From Malacoraja senta (taxonomy: Eukaryota): a DNA stretch of 64,000 nt. Shown one piece after another: positions 13,328 to 26,490 of this stretch; position 1 is the stretch's first letter; each line of letters begins with the position of its first letter. A program made the translations under genes and the position numbers. Under the pieces are notes generated by a model, which saw nothing but the letters and a program-made list of their open reading frames with translations, did no database searches and had not been told where the DNA came from. The stretch is taken from assembly GCA_038087875.1 (NCBI GenBank), contig CM075997.1, positions 8,310,001-8,374,000 of the forward strand, given 5' to 3'.

Positions 13328-13615
13328 AACCACTGCAACAACAAGAGATGTCCCTTGATCAAATGAGTGGCGTATACTTAGAAGGAGAGTCTGCAACTGC
13401 GACTTGTAGAGTGAATCAAGAGTACCACGAGATTTACTTTTACAGGGATAATAAACACCTTACATCTCGTCAATTTTCCATAACGGAGAACATTGCAACC
13501 TTTCCCGTCTATAGCCAAAACAATGCAGGCCAGTACACATGTCGGTATGGAATCATAATTGGCAAAAGACAGCTGTTGTCACAGACCAGCGAAAATGTAA
13601 CTCTGACTGTGGTGG
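13328..13615 (+). CDS. Ig-superfamily C2-type domain exon 1 (LILR/A1BG/IGSF1-like)
   Basis: Acceptor tttgttacag, donor gtaagt. 288 nt, phase 1/1, open frame: GVYLEGESATATC...IYFYR...AGQYTCRY...SQTSENVTLTVV, with 44 residues between the two Cys. Confidence 0.88.
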
Positions 13616-13739
13616 GTAAGTGCAGCCATACGAAAATTTGACATTTTCTGCATGGTCATTGCATAGTGAGTTCCAATTATCCCATTTTCACAATGGAATA
13701 CAAGAGTCATGAGGTTTACCAATTTCGTGCTGTAAATTG

Positions 13740-14288
13740 AAAATGGGTTGTCACAGTCATAGATACGTACAGCATGGAAACAGTTCCCGTCTAACCATTT
13801 CATCCATTTCAAATAGGATGCCCTGCCTAAACTGGATACATTTGCTCGCATTTGTTCCATGCCCTGTTAAACATTTTCTATATATTCTACCCATGAATTT
13901 TCATTCTCCAATTCTGGGTAAACAGCTCTGTGCATCTACCCTACCCCCGTCATGGCCTTATACACATTAATGGGGCCACCCAATCTTCATGTCCTCAAAG
14001 GAATATACTCCTAGCCTACTCAATATCTCCCGATAAATGACATCGGAAATATTCGCTGCACTCTTTCCAGCTTAACGTTTTTCCTATAGCAACCTGAGCA
14101 GAAGTTAACACGATCTTCAAAACGTGGCTTCACCAACGTCTTGTACAACTGTAACATGATATCCCAACTTCTATACTCAAACACCTGACTGATGAAATCC
14201 AACATACCAAAGATATTTTAACCACCCAACGTACCCACGTTTGACACGACTTCAATGAACTATGCAAATGCACTCTACGTCCCATCAT
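13740..14288 (-). mobile_element. Old degenerate CR1 ORF2 3' fragment
   Basis: ORF 14020-14205 FEYRSWDIMLQLYKTLVKP. Confidence 0.75.
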
Positions 14289-17200
14289 AGAGGCAGGGAC
14301 TAGTGAGTACCCCGGTGGCTGTACACCTTGAAAATAAGTACTGCTGCTTGAGTACTGTTGCGGGGGACAGCCTTCCCTGGGGTAGCGACAGCGGCCGGGC
14401 CTCCGGCCCAGAGACTGGCCCTATTACTCAGAAGGGTAGGGAAAAGAAGAGGAGGGCAATAGTAATAGGGGACTCTATGGTTAGGGGGTCGGATAGGCGA
14501 TTCTGTGGACGCAGTCAGGAGACCCGGATGGTAGTGTGCCTCCCTGGTGCCAGGGTCAGGGATGTGTCTGAACGCGGACAAGATATCCTGAAATCGGAGG
14601 GAGAGGAGCCTGAGGATGTGCTACATATAGGTACCAATGACATAGGCAGAAAAAGAGAAGAGGTCCTGAAAGGAGAATTTAGGGAGTTGGGAGGAGAGTT
14701 AAGGAGAAGGTCCGCAAAGGTAACAATCTCAGGGTTACTACCTGTGCCATGCGACAGTGAGAGTAGGAAAGAAATGAGGTGGAGGATAAATGCGTGGCTG
14801 AGGAACTGGTGCAGCGGGCAGGGATTAAAATTTATGGATCATTGGGACCTCTTTTGGGGAAGGTGTGACCTGTACAGAAAGGACGGATTGCACTTGAACC
14901 CGAGGGGAACCAATATCCTGGCGGGGAGATTTGCAAAGGCTACTGGGGAGACTTTAAACTAGAACGGTTGGGGGGAGGGACTCAAATAGAGAAAGATGGT
15001 AGAAAATGTGGGAGGCAGGAGGCAGAGCAGGGAAGCACTCGGTCCCAAAATGTAGGGGAGAAAGAAGAAAAAGATAATAAACAGAGAATAAGTGGTTGTG
15101 GGTTTCTTAAATGTGTATATTTTAATGCTAGGAGCATTGTAAGAAAGGTGGATGAGCTTAGAGTCTGGATTGACACGTGGAAGTATGTTGTTGTGGCGAT
15201 CAGTGAAACATGGTTGCAGGAGGGCGGTGATTGGAAACTAAATATTCCAGGATTTCGTTGCTTCAGGGGTGATAGAATTGGAGGGGCAAGAGGTGGGGGT
15301 GTTGCATTGCTTGTCAAGGAAGATATTACAGCAGTGCTTTGGCAGGATAGATTAGAGGGCTCGTCTAGGGAGGCTATTTGGGTGGAGCTGAGAAATGGGA
15401 AAGGTGCAGCAACACTTATAGGGGTGTATTATAGACCGCCAAATGGGGAGCGAGAATTGGAAGAGCAAATATGTAAGGAGATAGCAGATATTAGTATTAA
15501 GCACAAGGTAGTGATTGTGGGAGATTTTAATTTTCCACACATAGACTGGGAAACACATTCTGTAAAAGGGCTGGATGGTTTGGAGTTTGTAAAATGTGTG
15601 CAGGATAGTTTTTTGCAGCAATACATAGAGGTACCTACTAGAGAAGGGGCAGTGCTGGACCTCCTGTTAGGAAATGAGACAGGGCAGGTGGCGGACGTAA
15701 GCGTTGGGGAGCACTTCGGGTCCAGTGATCACAATACCATTAGTTTCAATATAATTATGGAGAGGGTCAGAACTGGACCTAGGGTTGAGATTTTTGATTG
15801 GAGAAAGGCTAACTTTGAGGAGATGCGAAAGGATTTTAAAGGAGTGAATTGGGACATGTTGTTTTATGGGAAGGATGTAGAAGAGAAATGGATGACTTTT
15901 AAAGGTGAAATTTTAAGAGTACAGAATCTTTATGTCCCTGTTCGGTTGAAAGGAAATAGTAACAATTGGAAAGAGCCATGGTTTTCAAGGGAATTTGGAC
16001 ACTTGGTTCGGAAAAAGAGAGAGACCTACAATAACTATACGCAGCATGGAGAAAATGAGGTGCTTGAGGAGTATAAAGAATATAAAAAGAATATTAAGAA
16101 AAAAATTAGGAAAAGCTAAAAGAAGATATGAGGTTGCTTTGGCAAGTAAGGTGAAAGTAAATCCAAAGGGTTTCTACAGCTATATTAATATAAAAAGGAT
16201 AACAAGGAATAAAATTGGTCCATTAGAGAGTCAGAGTGGACAGCTATCTGCAGAGCCAAAAGAGATGGGGGAGATATTGAACAATTTATTTTATTTTCAC
16301 CAAGTAGTAGGATATGGAATTCTGTGAGGTAAGGGAAACAAGCAGAGTTGCAATGGAAACTATGAGATTCAAAGAAGGGGAGGTGCGGACACTTTTGAAA
16401 AAATATGAAAACGGATAAGTCTCCAGGTCCTGACAGGATATTCCCGTGGACATTGAGGGAAGTTAGTGTAGAAATAGCAGGGGCTATGACAGAAATATTT
16501 CAAATGTCATTAGAAACGGGAATAGTGCCGGAGGATTGGTGTACTGCGCATGTTGTTCCGTTGTTTAAAAAGGGTTCTAAGAGTAAACCTAGCAATTATA
16601 GACCTGTTAGTTTGACGTCAGTGGTGGGCAAATACATGGAAAGGATACTTAAAGATAATATATATAAGCATCTGGATAAGCAGGGTCTGATTAGGAACAG
16701 TCAACATGGATTTGTGCCTGGAAGGTCATGTTTGACTAATCTTCTAGAATTTTTCGAAGAGGTTACTAGGGAAATTGATGAGGGTAAAGCAGTGGATGTT
16801 GTCTATATGGACTTCCGTAAGGCCTTTGACAAGGTTCCTCATGGAAGGTTGGTTAAGAAGATTAAATTGTTGGGTATTAATGGTGGAGTAGCAAGATGGA
16901 TTCAACAGTGGCTGAATGGGAGATGCCATAGATTAATGGTGGATGGCTGTTTGTCAGGTTGGAGGCCGGTGACTAGTGGGGTGCCTCAGTGGTCTGTGTT
17001 GGGTCCACTGTTGTTTGTCATGTACATCAATGATCTGGATGATGGTGTGGAAAATTGGATTAGTAAGAAATCAGATGATACTAAGATGGGTGGTGTGGTG
17101 GATAATGAAGTAGATTTTCAAAGTCTACAGAGAGATTTAGGCCATTTGGAAGAGTGGGCTGAAAGATGGCAGATGGAGTTTAATGCTGATAAATGTGAGG

Positions 17201-17993
17201 TACTACATCTCGGCAGGACAAATCAAAATAGGACGTACATGGTAAATGGTAGAGAATTGAAGACTGCAGTTGAACAGAGGGATCTAGGAATAACTGTGCA
17301 TAGTTCCCTGAAGGTGGAATCTCGTGTAGATAGGGTGGTAAAGAAAACTTTTGGTGTGCTGGCCTTTTAAATCAGAGCATTGAATATAGAAGTTGGGATG
17401 TAATGTTAAAATTGTACAAGGGATTGGTGAGGCCAATTCTGGAGTATGGAGAACAATTTTGGTCGCCTAATTATAGGAAGGATGTCAACAAAATAGAGAG
17501 AGTACAGAGGAGATTTACTAGAATGTTGCCTGAGTTTCAGCAACTAAGTTACAGAGAAAGGTTGAACAAGTTAGGTCTTTATTCTTTGGAGCGCAGAAGG
17601 TTAAGAAGGGACTTGATAGAGGTCTTTAAAATTATGAGCGCGTTAGACAGAGTTGACGTGGATACGCTTTTCCCATTGAGAGTAGGGAAGATTCAAAAAA
17701 GGGGGCATGACTTGAGAATTAAGGGACAGACGTTTAGGGGTAACTTTAGGGGGAACTTCTTTACTCAGAGAGTGGGAGCTGTGTGGAATGAGCTTCCAGT
17801 GGAAGTGGTGGAGGCTGGCTCGATTTTATCCTTTAAAGATAGATTAGATGGGTATATGGACGGGAAAGGAATGGAGGGTTATGGTCTGAGTGCAGGTAGA
17901 TGGGACTAGGCGGAAGTATATATTTTTTTAATGTTCGGCACGGACTTGAAGGGCCGAGATGGCCTGTTTCCGTGCTGTAATGGTTATATGGTT
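14289..17993 (+). mobile_element. CR1-A, 5'-truncated in ORF1; ORF1 esterase 14303-14962, ORF2 EN+RT 14968-17909 with a few frameshifts/stops; 3' tail
   Basis: GDS/GTND/DGLH esterase motifs, EN motifs NARS, ISETW, GDFN and SDH, RT motifs, and a (tggttata)n tail at ~17980-17993. Confidence 0.96.
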
Positions 17994-18533
17994 GTTCCCG
18001 CTCTACATTACAGTCTAGAACCCCGCTATTCACTGAGAATGCCGTGCACGTGTTTCGCTTCCCAAAATAGACACCTGGCACACATCTGCATTAAACCCTC
18101 AACGCTCTTACTGACTGTCCTGAAAACAGTCGTACAAAACTGCGGCTCGGGCCTTTGAGAAACATATTCGTAAAACGTATTTCGTTCGAACTCGTTACTG
18201 ACACAGTCCTGTAGCAGGATGCCCCAAACTGATGCAATACTTCAAACGTTTTCTCCCATAATAAGACTTCTACACTCCATAAACTGATTGAAGGTCATCG
18301 TAACAAAACCTCGTAACAAACATAGTATCTACAGCTCACGGGATTTTCAGGGCATTGTGCGCCTGTACTTCTAGATCACGCTTTCTCCGACGTTCGTCAG
18401 AATCCTACCATTTTCCGCGATGGTTCAGCCGTGGTTTAACCTAAAAATATCCCCAACAGCTCCCATCTATTTCCTTTGAAGCCCATTAACCAATTTTCAT
18501 CCCACTTGCCGACCTAATTCATATCCTTCTGTA

Positions 18534-18613
18534 ATTATTGAAATACTCTTCTCGGTCTCTGGTCCCAACTGCTTATTATTGAAATACTCTTCTCGGTCTC
18601 TGGTCCCAACTGC
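18534..18613. repeat. 39-bp direct tandem duplication
   Basis: attattgaaatactcttctcggtctctggtcccaactgc at 18534-18572 and 18575-18613. Confidence 0.9.
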
Positions 18614-18804
18614 ACCGATCCTGAAACTCACCACTAGTAACAGGCCTCCAGTCGGAGAAACAATTTTGCAGCAACACCTTCTGCTTCTTCCATGAAGCAA
18701 AACTTTTACACTGCTTGCTTTCTCTGGATGTCATGTGATCTAAACTTTACAAACCGCAAACCATTCAGAACCTTATAAAAGGCCTTACAGGCTAACCGTA
18801 TAGA

Positions 18805-19760
18805 ATGCTATTGCGTAGCTGGATACAGTGCGATCTCCGTATTCAAGTTCACCGACGACGCCACCGTGATTGGACGAATGACAGATGGAGATGAATCGGA
18901 GTACAGAAGTGAGCTCGATCGACTGACCAAATGGTGGCCGACACCAACTTGCCTCTCAATGTCAGTAAGACCAACGAACTGATTGTGGACTTTGGATGAG
19001 GAAGGATGAGGACCCATGAACGAGTCTATATCAACGGGTCGATGGTGGGGAGAATAAAAGGCATAAAATTCCTGGTCGTGCATATTTATGAAGATCTTTC
19101 CCGGACCCAGCACGCTGATGCAAATATAAAGTAAGCACATCAACGCCTGTACGTCCTGTGAAAATTACATAGATTCGGTATGTCAAAGAGGTTTCTTTTG
19201 AACTTCTACGGGTGTACTCTAGATAGCATATTGACTGGTTTAATCACGTCCTGGTACAGAAACCTGAATGCCCAGGAGCGAATAAGACTGCAAATAGTTG
19301 TGAACACTCTCCGGACCTTCACGGGTTCTGACATCCACAACATCGAAGGGATTTACTGGAGTTGCAGCCGAACAATTGCAGCCAGCATCATTAGAGATCC
19401 ACACCAGCCTGGCCACATACTCATTTCACTCCTGCTATCGGGAAGAAGGTACAGGCACCTGGAAACTGTGACGCCTAGGTTCAGGAACAGCTGCTTCCCT
19501 ACAGCCATTACGCTATTATACAATACAACCTCACATAAGCGCTGAACATGGACTATTATTGTTATTATTCTACTATTACTGTTTTTTTTAGTTATGCTTA
19601 CGTATGCATGCGTGTACACACACACTGAACTTGTTTTTCCTCTCATATATTATATTGTTGACAGTGTACAATTCTTACATATTCTGTCGTGCTGCTACAA
19701 GTAAGAATTGCATTGCTCTAAGTGGGACATATGACAATAAAATTATCTTGAATCTCTCTT
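18805..19760 (+). mobile_element. Rex1/Babar-like non-LTR retrotransposon, 5'-truncated RT and 3' end
   Basis: KFTDDATVIGRMTDGDESEYR (~18843) and ORF 19180-19545 (NFYGCTLDSILT...SGRRYR...RFRNSCFP), then aataaa and a ttgaa-type tail. Confidence 0.8.
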
Positions 19761-20264
19761 GACATGTAGCCACCGTCTTCGACCTTGCCCACGTCAAACT
19801 TCTTCGATACTTTTTCAAATCTCAATCAAATTCAGTTTGAGACACGACGTCCCACGTACAAATGTATGTGCACTATACCTAACCTTTGTCTATCCAATGC
19901 ATATATATCCTATCTCCCAACAATCGACCTACCACAAACGTTAGGCTTAATGGTATACATTTTCCAGATGTTTCCTTGCCATCCTTCTTACATAGAAGCA
20001 TAACTATCTCCAAACTGGATTACTCGAGTAAATTGCAATTTACATGTAATCCGCAACGTAAGAAATGTAAGTTAATATATTTTCAGCTCTCCTCTGTGCA
20101 GCAGAATTCCAGTGAAAATCCCCAAAGCCATGGATTTCAACAACTTACGAATTCCTCTCCCGTCAAAGCTCGATACCCGGTGTCTGCAAATCCACTAAAT
20201 GAACGTTATGCCCCACGATACGTAAACATGCACATTTAACGTGTGTCCATTATATTCCTCACAG

Positions 20265-20555
20265 AAACTCTAGTGCAACCGGTGTTGTCTTTCGATCAAC
20301 GGTCCGGGGTATACGTAGAAGGAGAGACCGTCACCGTTACATGCAACCTGCACAGGGTGGAGGCTGGTTTTATCTCCTTCTATCAAAATTACGTGGAACT
20401 CACCGCTGATGAACTCCTTAAAAAATGGAATGTTGGAACATTTCCGGTTACCGGCACACGTCAAGCAGGCATGTACCAATGCAGTTATGGAATCTCCGTC
20501 GAAAGAAGGCAATTTCAATCCCAGCCCAGTGAAGCAGTGAGACTTTCAGTCGCAG
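20265..20555 (+). CDS. Ig-superfamily C2-type domain exon 2 (paralogous to exon 1)
   Basis: Acceptor attcctcacag, donor gtcagt. 291 nt, phase 1/1, open frame: DQRSGVYVEGETVTVTC...SFYQN...AGMYQCSY...SQPSEAVRLSVA, with 45 residues between the two Cys. Confidence 0.88.
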
Positions 20556-20618
20556 GTCAGTAAAGGAGAATAATTAACCTGTAAATGAGTCCTTCCCAGT
20601 TCAAAATGTTGTCTACGC

Positions 20619-23600
20619 TGTCAAAGGACTTGGTTCCTACACAGAGTCTTTTACTGAGGGTTTATTATAATCACTAACACACACTATGCAATAGCTGTCC
20701 GTGGTCATCACTGGAGGTAGAGAGCGAGCTGGAGGTGGGGACCTTACAATTATACGGGAGACAATGGGGAGTGGTTAGTAATGGTGAGGTCACTAAGTTA
20801 AAGGAACATGCACTGATCTACATCCCTCCTCTTGGAAACAAAAACATGGCAATACACAGAGCGACCGCGGCTCATACGCTAGGATTACAAACCGCGCTGG
20901 GAACAGTTAATCGTGTCATAACACAGCTAAGCGAGCTCCCCGTAACGGACAGGCGGCTTGACCAACCGGCCAGAGCGGGTGCGCAACCCGCATTCCCCCT
21001 CAACCGCAGGGACAGAGTCATGGAAAGAGGTGGGAGAGCCGGGCGGGGAACGAACCGGAGACGGAGGAGAACAGCGAGGCGAAACGGGCACGCTGGCAGG
21101 CAGGGCAGGGGAAAGAGGCTTGTGAGCGCGGGGCATAGAGAGCTGGGAGGGCAGTTTCCGCGACATGCGAGGAGTGACAGGGGCTGGCGGAGCCTCGGGC
21201 AGAATGGAAGGGATAGAACAGCGTGGCTGAAACGGGTCCGCGGGAGGCGGAGGAGGCTCGTTGACGAGCAGGAGGTGCTGGCGTGACCGACGGTAAATAG
21301 CGCCCTCATAGTCGAAGAGGTATGACCGGGGAGAGCCGGCATTACCAACCACTACGGTCAGCCTGTAGTGCCCGGAGGGGGACGGCATCCGAACCACCTG
21401 GCCCGGGTACAGGCAAGGAAGCGGCCGGGCCGACTTGTCAAAGGAGCGCTTCTGGATGGCTTTCTTCTCGATGATGCGCTCTGTGACAGCAGCAGGGTTC
21501 TGGACCGAGGGTTTGAGGGACTGTTGCGAGACAGGGAGAGGTGGTCTAGTGGTGCGGGACATAAGGCGTTGGGCAGGTGAACCGAGCGCGGGGTCGCGGG
21601 AAATGTTGCGGAGATTGAGGAGGGCAAGGTAGAAGTCGGAATGTGAAAGGCGGCAGTGCTCCAGCAGCTCCTTGGCACTGCGGACGGCGCGTTCCGCAAG
21701 GCCGTTGCTCTGCGGATACTCAGGGCTGCTGGTGTTGTGGCGAAAGTTCCAACGGGCAGCGAAGGCACGGAACTCGGCGCTGGAGAACTGGCTGCAGTTG
21801 TCCGATTGGAGGGTCACCTGGGGTCCGAAGGTGCAAAAGTGGTGGTGAAGCTTCCCGATGACGGCGGCAGAGGTGATGGAAGGCAGCTGATCCACATCAA
21901 ACCAACTGGAGTATGAGTCCACCAGGACCAGGAAATGCTTGCCACGCCATTCGAAAAGGTCCGTGGCAACATACACCCACGGTAGCTCGGGGGCTGGCTG
22001 CTGCAGGAGGGTCTGGCGTTGCTGATGAGGCAGGAGACTGTTACAGGCAGCGCAAACGGAGACCCTGTCACGGATGTCCTGAGCCTTACCTGGCCAGTAG
22101 AATTTGCTCTGGGCCTGGGACAAAGTGGCCTCCACCCCGGGGTGGCCGTTGTGTGCAGTTTGAAAATAATGATCCCGCAGAGCGGCCGGCACCACGACCT
22201 TGTGACCCTTCGCCACCACGCCGTCGTGTAGCACTAGTTCATCACGAACCAGGAAGTAGGGCACGACACCAGCCGGCAGGGAAGAGCGTCGGTTAGGCCA
22301 ACCACGACGGATAAGGTCCGCAAGTTGTTGCAGGGCAGGATCATCAGCAGTGTGTTTGACCAGGGACTGCATCTGCTGGGATGGAACAATGTTAACATTC
22401 AGTACCATCAGGTCAGAGGATTCGTACGGGTGACGGGCAACTGAAGGGAGCGGCGCACGGGACAATGTGTCGGCCACAAACATATCTTTGCCCTTGCGGT
22501 ACACAATCCGGAACGTGAAACGCTGGAGCTGCAGCATCATCCGCTGCAACCGGGAAGAGGCGACATGGATAGGCTTGTTCAGAATAGTGACCAGCGGCTG
22601 GTGGTCAGTCTCAATGGTGAAGGTGTTGCCCAGAATGTAATCCCTAAACTTGGAGCAGGCGAACACCACGGCAAGTAGCTCCTTCTCGATCTGTGCATAA
22701 CATTTGTCGACAGGGGTCATGGTGCGAGAAGCGTAGGAGACAGGTAGCTGCAGGCCGTCATAAAGCTGCAGACATGCGGCACCGAGACCGAACTTAGAGG
22801 CATCACAAGTGAGAACAATTGGTCTGTGCAGATCGAAGAACTTGAGAGTCGGTGTGTGTGTGAGCTTGGACTTCAGAGCCGCGAACGCCGACTGGTGATG
22901 CGGGAGCCAGACCCATGCGGAGTCCTTCTTGATCAGCTCCCTCAGGGGAGCACTCAGTTCGCTGAGGTCAGGTACGAACTTCCCCAGGTAATTGACCAGG
23001 CCCAGGAAGCGCTGCAGGCCGGGAACGTCAGTAGGAGCGGGCATCTCGGCGACTGTTGATGTTTTCTGGGGGTCAGGCTTTAAACCCCCTGCCGTGAAAA
23101 CGTGACCAACGTAAGTGACTTCCGGGACCCGGAACCGACACTTCATGGGGTTGAGCTTGAGATTGATTTTACGAGCCCTGTCCAGGACTTTGCGGAGGTG
23201 CAGGTCGTGCTCAGCGACGTCCCTCCCGTACACCAGGATGTCATCCACGATGATAGCGCACGGCAACCCAGCGAACAGCTGTTCCATGGTGCGCTGGAAA
23301 ACCTCACTAGCCGAGTTGATCGCAAACGGCATACGGAGGAAACGGAACCTGCCGAAAGGTGTGATGAAGGTGGTCAGGAATGAGGAACGTTCATCTAGAG
23401 GGATCTGCCAAAATGAGCTTTTGGCGTCTAAGACAGAGAAGACAGTGGCAGGACCGACCTGTGCAGCGACGTCCTCCACCGTCCGCATGGGGTAGTGCGG
23501 GCGCTTGATGGCCAGGTTCAGGTCCTTTGGGTTAATGCAGATCCGGATCTCGCTCTTATCCTTCTTGGCAGCGACAACCATGTTTGAGACCCACCTGGTG

Positions 23601-25333
23601 GGAGCGCTCACCTCCTTGAGGATGCCCATGGTCACCATATCACGCAGAGTAGATTCCACGCGGCCCTTCTTAGCAAAGGAGACGCGGTGGGCCGGTCGAA
23701 CCACCAGGTCGACACTCGGGTCGACAACGATTTTATAGTCACAGGGCAATTTGCCCAAAATATCATCAAAACGGTCGGGGTATTCGCCCAGGAGGTCCAT
23801 GGGGGCCTGCACCAGGTGAATTCCGCGGTGGAAAGAAACCAAGCCAAGATCCTGGCACGCACGGTCGCCCAACACGATGACGTTGTCAGAATCCAGCAGA
23901 TGGAAGGTGAGGGGCCGAGAGGTCTCAAGGACTGTGCAGATAAGCGTGGCTTTCCCCACTGGAACTAGAACTCCTCCCCCATAGACATGAAGGCAGGTGT
24001 CATCGGGAGTAACTATCTCCGCAGATCTTATCCGCTTGAAAAGGCTGACAGACATAACATTTGCAAAGGCACCAGTATCGACCTTGGCAGAGAATTAATG
24101 GCCATTTACAGTAACATGCACAGAGGGATCTGTTATATTAGCAGGTGCACCCAAAAGCAAAAACACCGTTAAATCACCATGGGAGGAGCTCCTATCAAAG
24201 TCCGACTGGTACTGATAACCAAGCGCGCTGTCAGGGTCTGCAAAGTTGTTTAAATTCCTCCTTGGAGCAGGGACCGGCTTATCACGGGACCGACAAGCCG
24301 CCGAAAAGTGGTTCAGTTTGCCACAGGAATTACAAGTCTTACCCTGCGCGGGGCAAACGTTGAACTGCTGGAAAGAAAAATTACAATTGGGGCAACGGCG
24401 TGGGGTGACCTTAGCGGGCATTGCAGCGGGGTTTCGTCGTGGCGGACCAGCGTTCCGCCGGCGGCCAGCTACACCGGTAAAGTTAATGTCCTGGGACACC
24501 GGTTGAGACACGGAGCTAACAGCAGAGGTCATACGAGCGGAATGCGTAGCCTCCCTTATTGTCAAATCAGGTTTCATAAGGAGCTCGTCACGCAGCTTAG
24601 CGTTCAGGAGACCATTGACCAGGACATCCCTGATCAATTCGTCCGTGGAGATTGTTTCAAGGCGACAGCGCCGAGCCATATGACGCAAAGAGGCAATAAA
24701 AGTGTCAATATGCTCGCCGGGATTCTGCCGCCTCTGGAAGAATTTAAAACGTTCAATAATGTTATTGGTAGGGATATCACAGAGGGCAGTGAATTTAGCC
24801 ATGAGACATACCGGGTCCCGACGGTCTTCTCCGGGGGCGAAGTCGAATGAAGCATAGTGATCCATGGCCTCCGGGCCAGCGAGGTTGAGCAGCAGGTGAG
24901 CCTGCACAGCAGGGGTGGCATTAGGATGAGCGATGGCTGTGTAATGTTCAAAGTCGCGCTGGAACACAGTCCAGCGGTGGACAATGTCCGTGTCAAAGAC
25001 CAATATGTCGGGTCGACGACAGGAATTGGACATAATGAAAACGGGGGGGAGACGTGAACAACTGTGGGAAAGCAAAGAATAAAAGGAAAACCGATAAACA
25101 GGAGACGCGAGTCTACCGCTGTGACACCATGTAAAATGACTTGGTTCCTACACAGAGTCTTTTACTGATGGTTTATTATAATCACTAACACACACTATGC
25201 AATAGCTGTCCGTGGTCATCACTGGAGCTAGAGAGCGAGCTGGAGGTGGGGACCTTACAATTATACGGGAGACAATGGGGAGTGGTTAGTAATGGTGAGG
25301 TCACTAAGTTAAAGGAACATGCACTGATCTACA
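20619..25333 (-). mobile_element. Gypsy-1: full-length Ty3/Gypsy LTR retrotransposon (Mag-like)
   Basis: 204-bp TG...CA LTRs at 20619-20822 and 25130-25333 (4 mismatches by eye), 5-bp TSD tacgc (20614-18 / 25334-38), PBS TGGTGTCACAGCGG and PPT AAGAGGAGGGA. Confidence 0.97.
20927..25033 (-). pseudogene. gag-pol: Gypsy-1 gag-pol (gag, Cys/His knuckles, protease DTG, RT, RNaseH, integrase), one frame broken by a single TAA at 24095-24097
   Basis: ORFs 24095-25075 and 20927-24055 share a frame. Motifs: CNSCGKLNHFSAAC, KVDTGA, IIVDDIL, CDAS, TDHQPL, HNGHPG...CAAC, NGLAER. Confidence 0.93.
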
Positions 25334-25959
25334 TACGCTAACATGTCTTATGTAATTAAGGCAAAGGTCTGAGGTGATTGGTATTGTAAAACTCTGCAAT
25401 TAAACAGACGAACACAAATAACAAAAAGACAAGAACGTTCGGACAGGCAATTGCGGACACTGCATTTTCAGGTTAACATCTGTATTGCCAAAGAGATGGA
25501 TTACAGCAGCGACGTACTGCGGATGGGCGGGGTATAGTGTAGGGCAGAAATAGAGCACTAAGACGTTTCACGGATAGGGTAGTAAATTTGGCATTTGAAA
25601 GTACAACAGGGTATGCAGAGGCCAGGAGGAAGGGTGAACGGTTTTAAACCGCGGTGCAATGTTACCGCGATGAGAGGAACATGGAGTGAGGATGTTAAAT
25701 AATAGGAAGGTTAATAATGATGTGGAATGCAACCAGCTCTGGTTACAGTAGAGGGAACAATTGTGCTGAGGATTTTCAAAATAGCTTCTGCTAAGTTCGA
25801 CAGATGTGAAAATCTGCTCAATGGCATTTTTGACCGCGTTTGTGTTGATGTTCACATGATTCTGCTTTAGTTTGTGCCACGCATTCAAAGGCAATTGATT
25901 TTTTTCACTTGAGAATTGTTTGTTCACAACAATTCAGTATCAGTCATGTGGATTAGAGC

Positions 25960-26490
25960 TCAAAGTCAAAGTCAATGTCAGAGTCAAAGGCAAATTTATT
26001 CGTCACATGCACTAACGGTGATGCAGTGAAATGAATTTGCCAGCAACGATACACTTACAAAAGAACACACAATACACAATAGAATTTAACACAAACATCC
26101 ACCACAGCATTCTTCACTTTGGTGGAAGGGAACAAAGTTCAGTCAGTCCACCTCCTTTCGTCATCCGTGGTCGGGGCCATGAACCCTCCGTTGTCGCCGC
26201 GACGGGCGGCCGGATGTACTGGCCCTCTCGTCGGGATGATATAAGCTCCGACGTCGGGATGGTCGAACTCACCGACGTCTTGGAGCGTCCGAATCGACAC
26301 TTTCCTGCCGGACACCGCGGCTTGAGGATGATATAGCCCGCAGGCCGGCGGTCGGAGCTCTTCTCCGGCGATTCCCGGCAAGGGATCCCAGACTCCGAAT
26401 AGAAAGTCCATGCCACGCCCCCGGCAAGAAGCTCCGCAGACCAGAGCCCCATGACGCCAACGTCACCAGGGCAGTGATCCTCTCTGGCGA
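25960..26490 (-). mobile_element. Non-autonomous SINE-like element with (tttgac)n tail
   Basis: Simple-repeat tail and aataaa on the minus strand. Shares a ~70-bp core with 50453-51145. Confidence 0.6.

Noticed and set aside
20087..20112. Possible leader mini-exon upstream of Ig exon 2 (tttcag|ctctcctctgtgcagcag...)
   Set aside because: No convincing in-phase donor, and no counterpart found before exon 1.
20735..21348. Arg-rich and Pro-rich ORFs over the LTR and integrase tail as an env or accessory gene
   Set aside because: Alternative frames of the GC-rich integrase C-terminus, with no signal peptide or TM organisation.
24095..24097. TAA between gag and protease as a programmed readthrough signal
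   Set aside because: The homologous position in Gypsy-2 (~59225, ...S-FGAKLDT) appears to be Ser, so a TCA-to-TAA nonsense mutation is the simpler explanation.
25440..25960. Non-repetitive-looking stretch that might hold a further exon
   Set aside because: No Ig, TM or ITIM/ITAM-like frame between good splice sites; part looks like a very old CR1 3' remnant.
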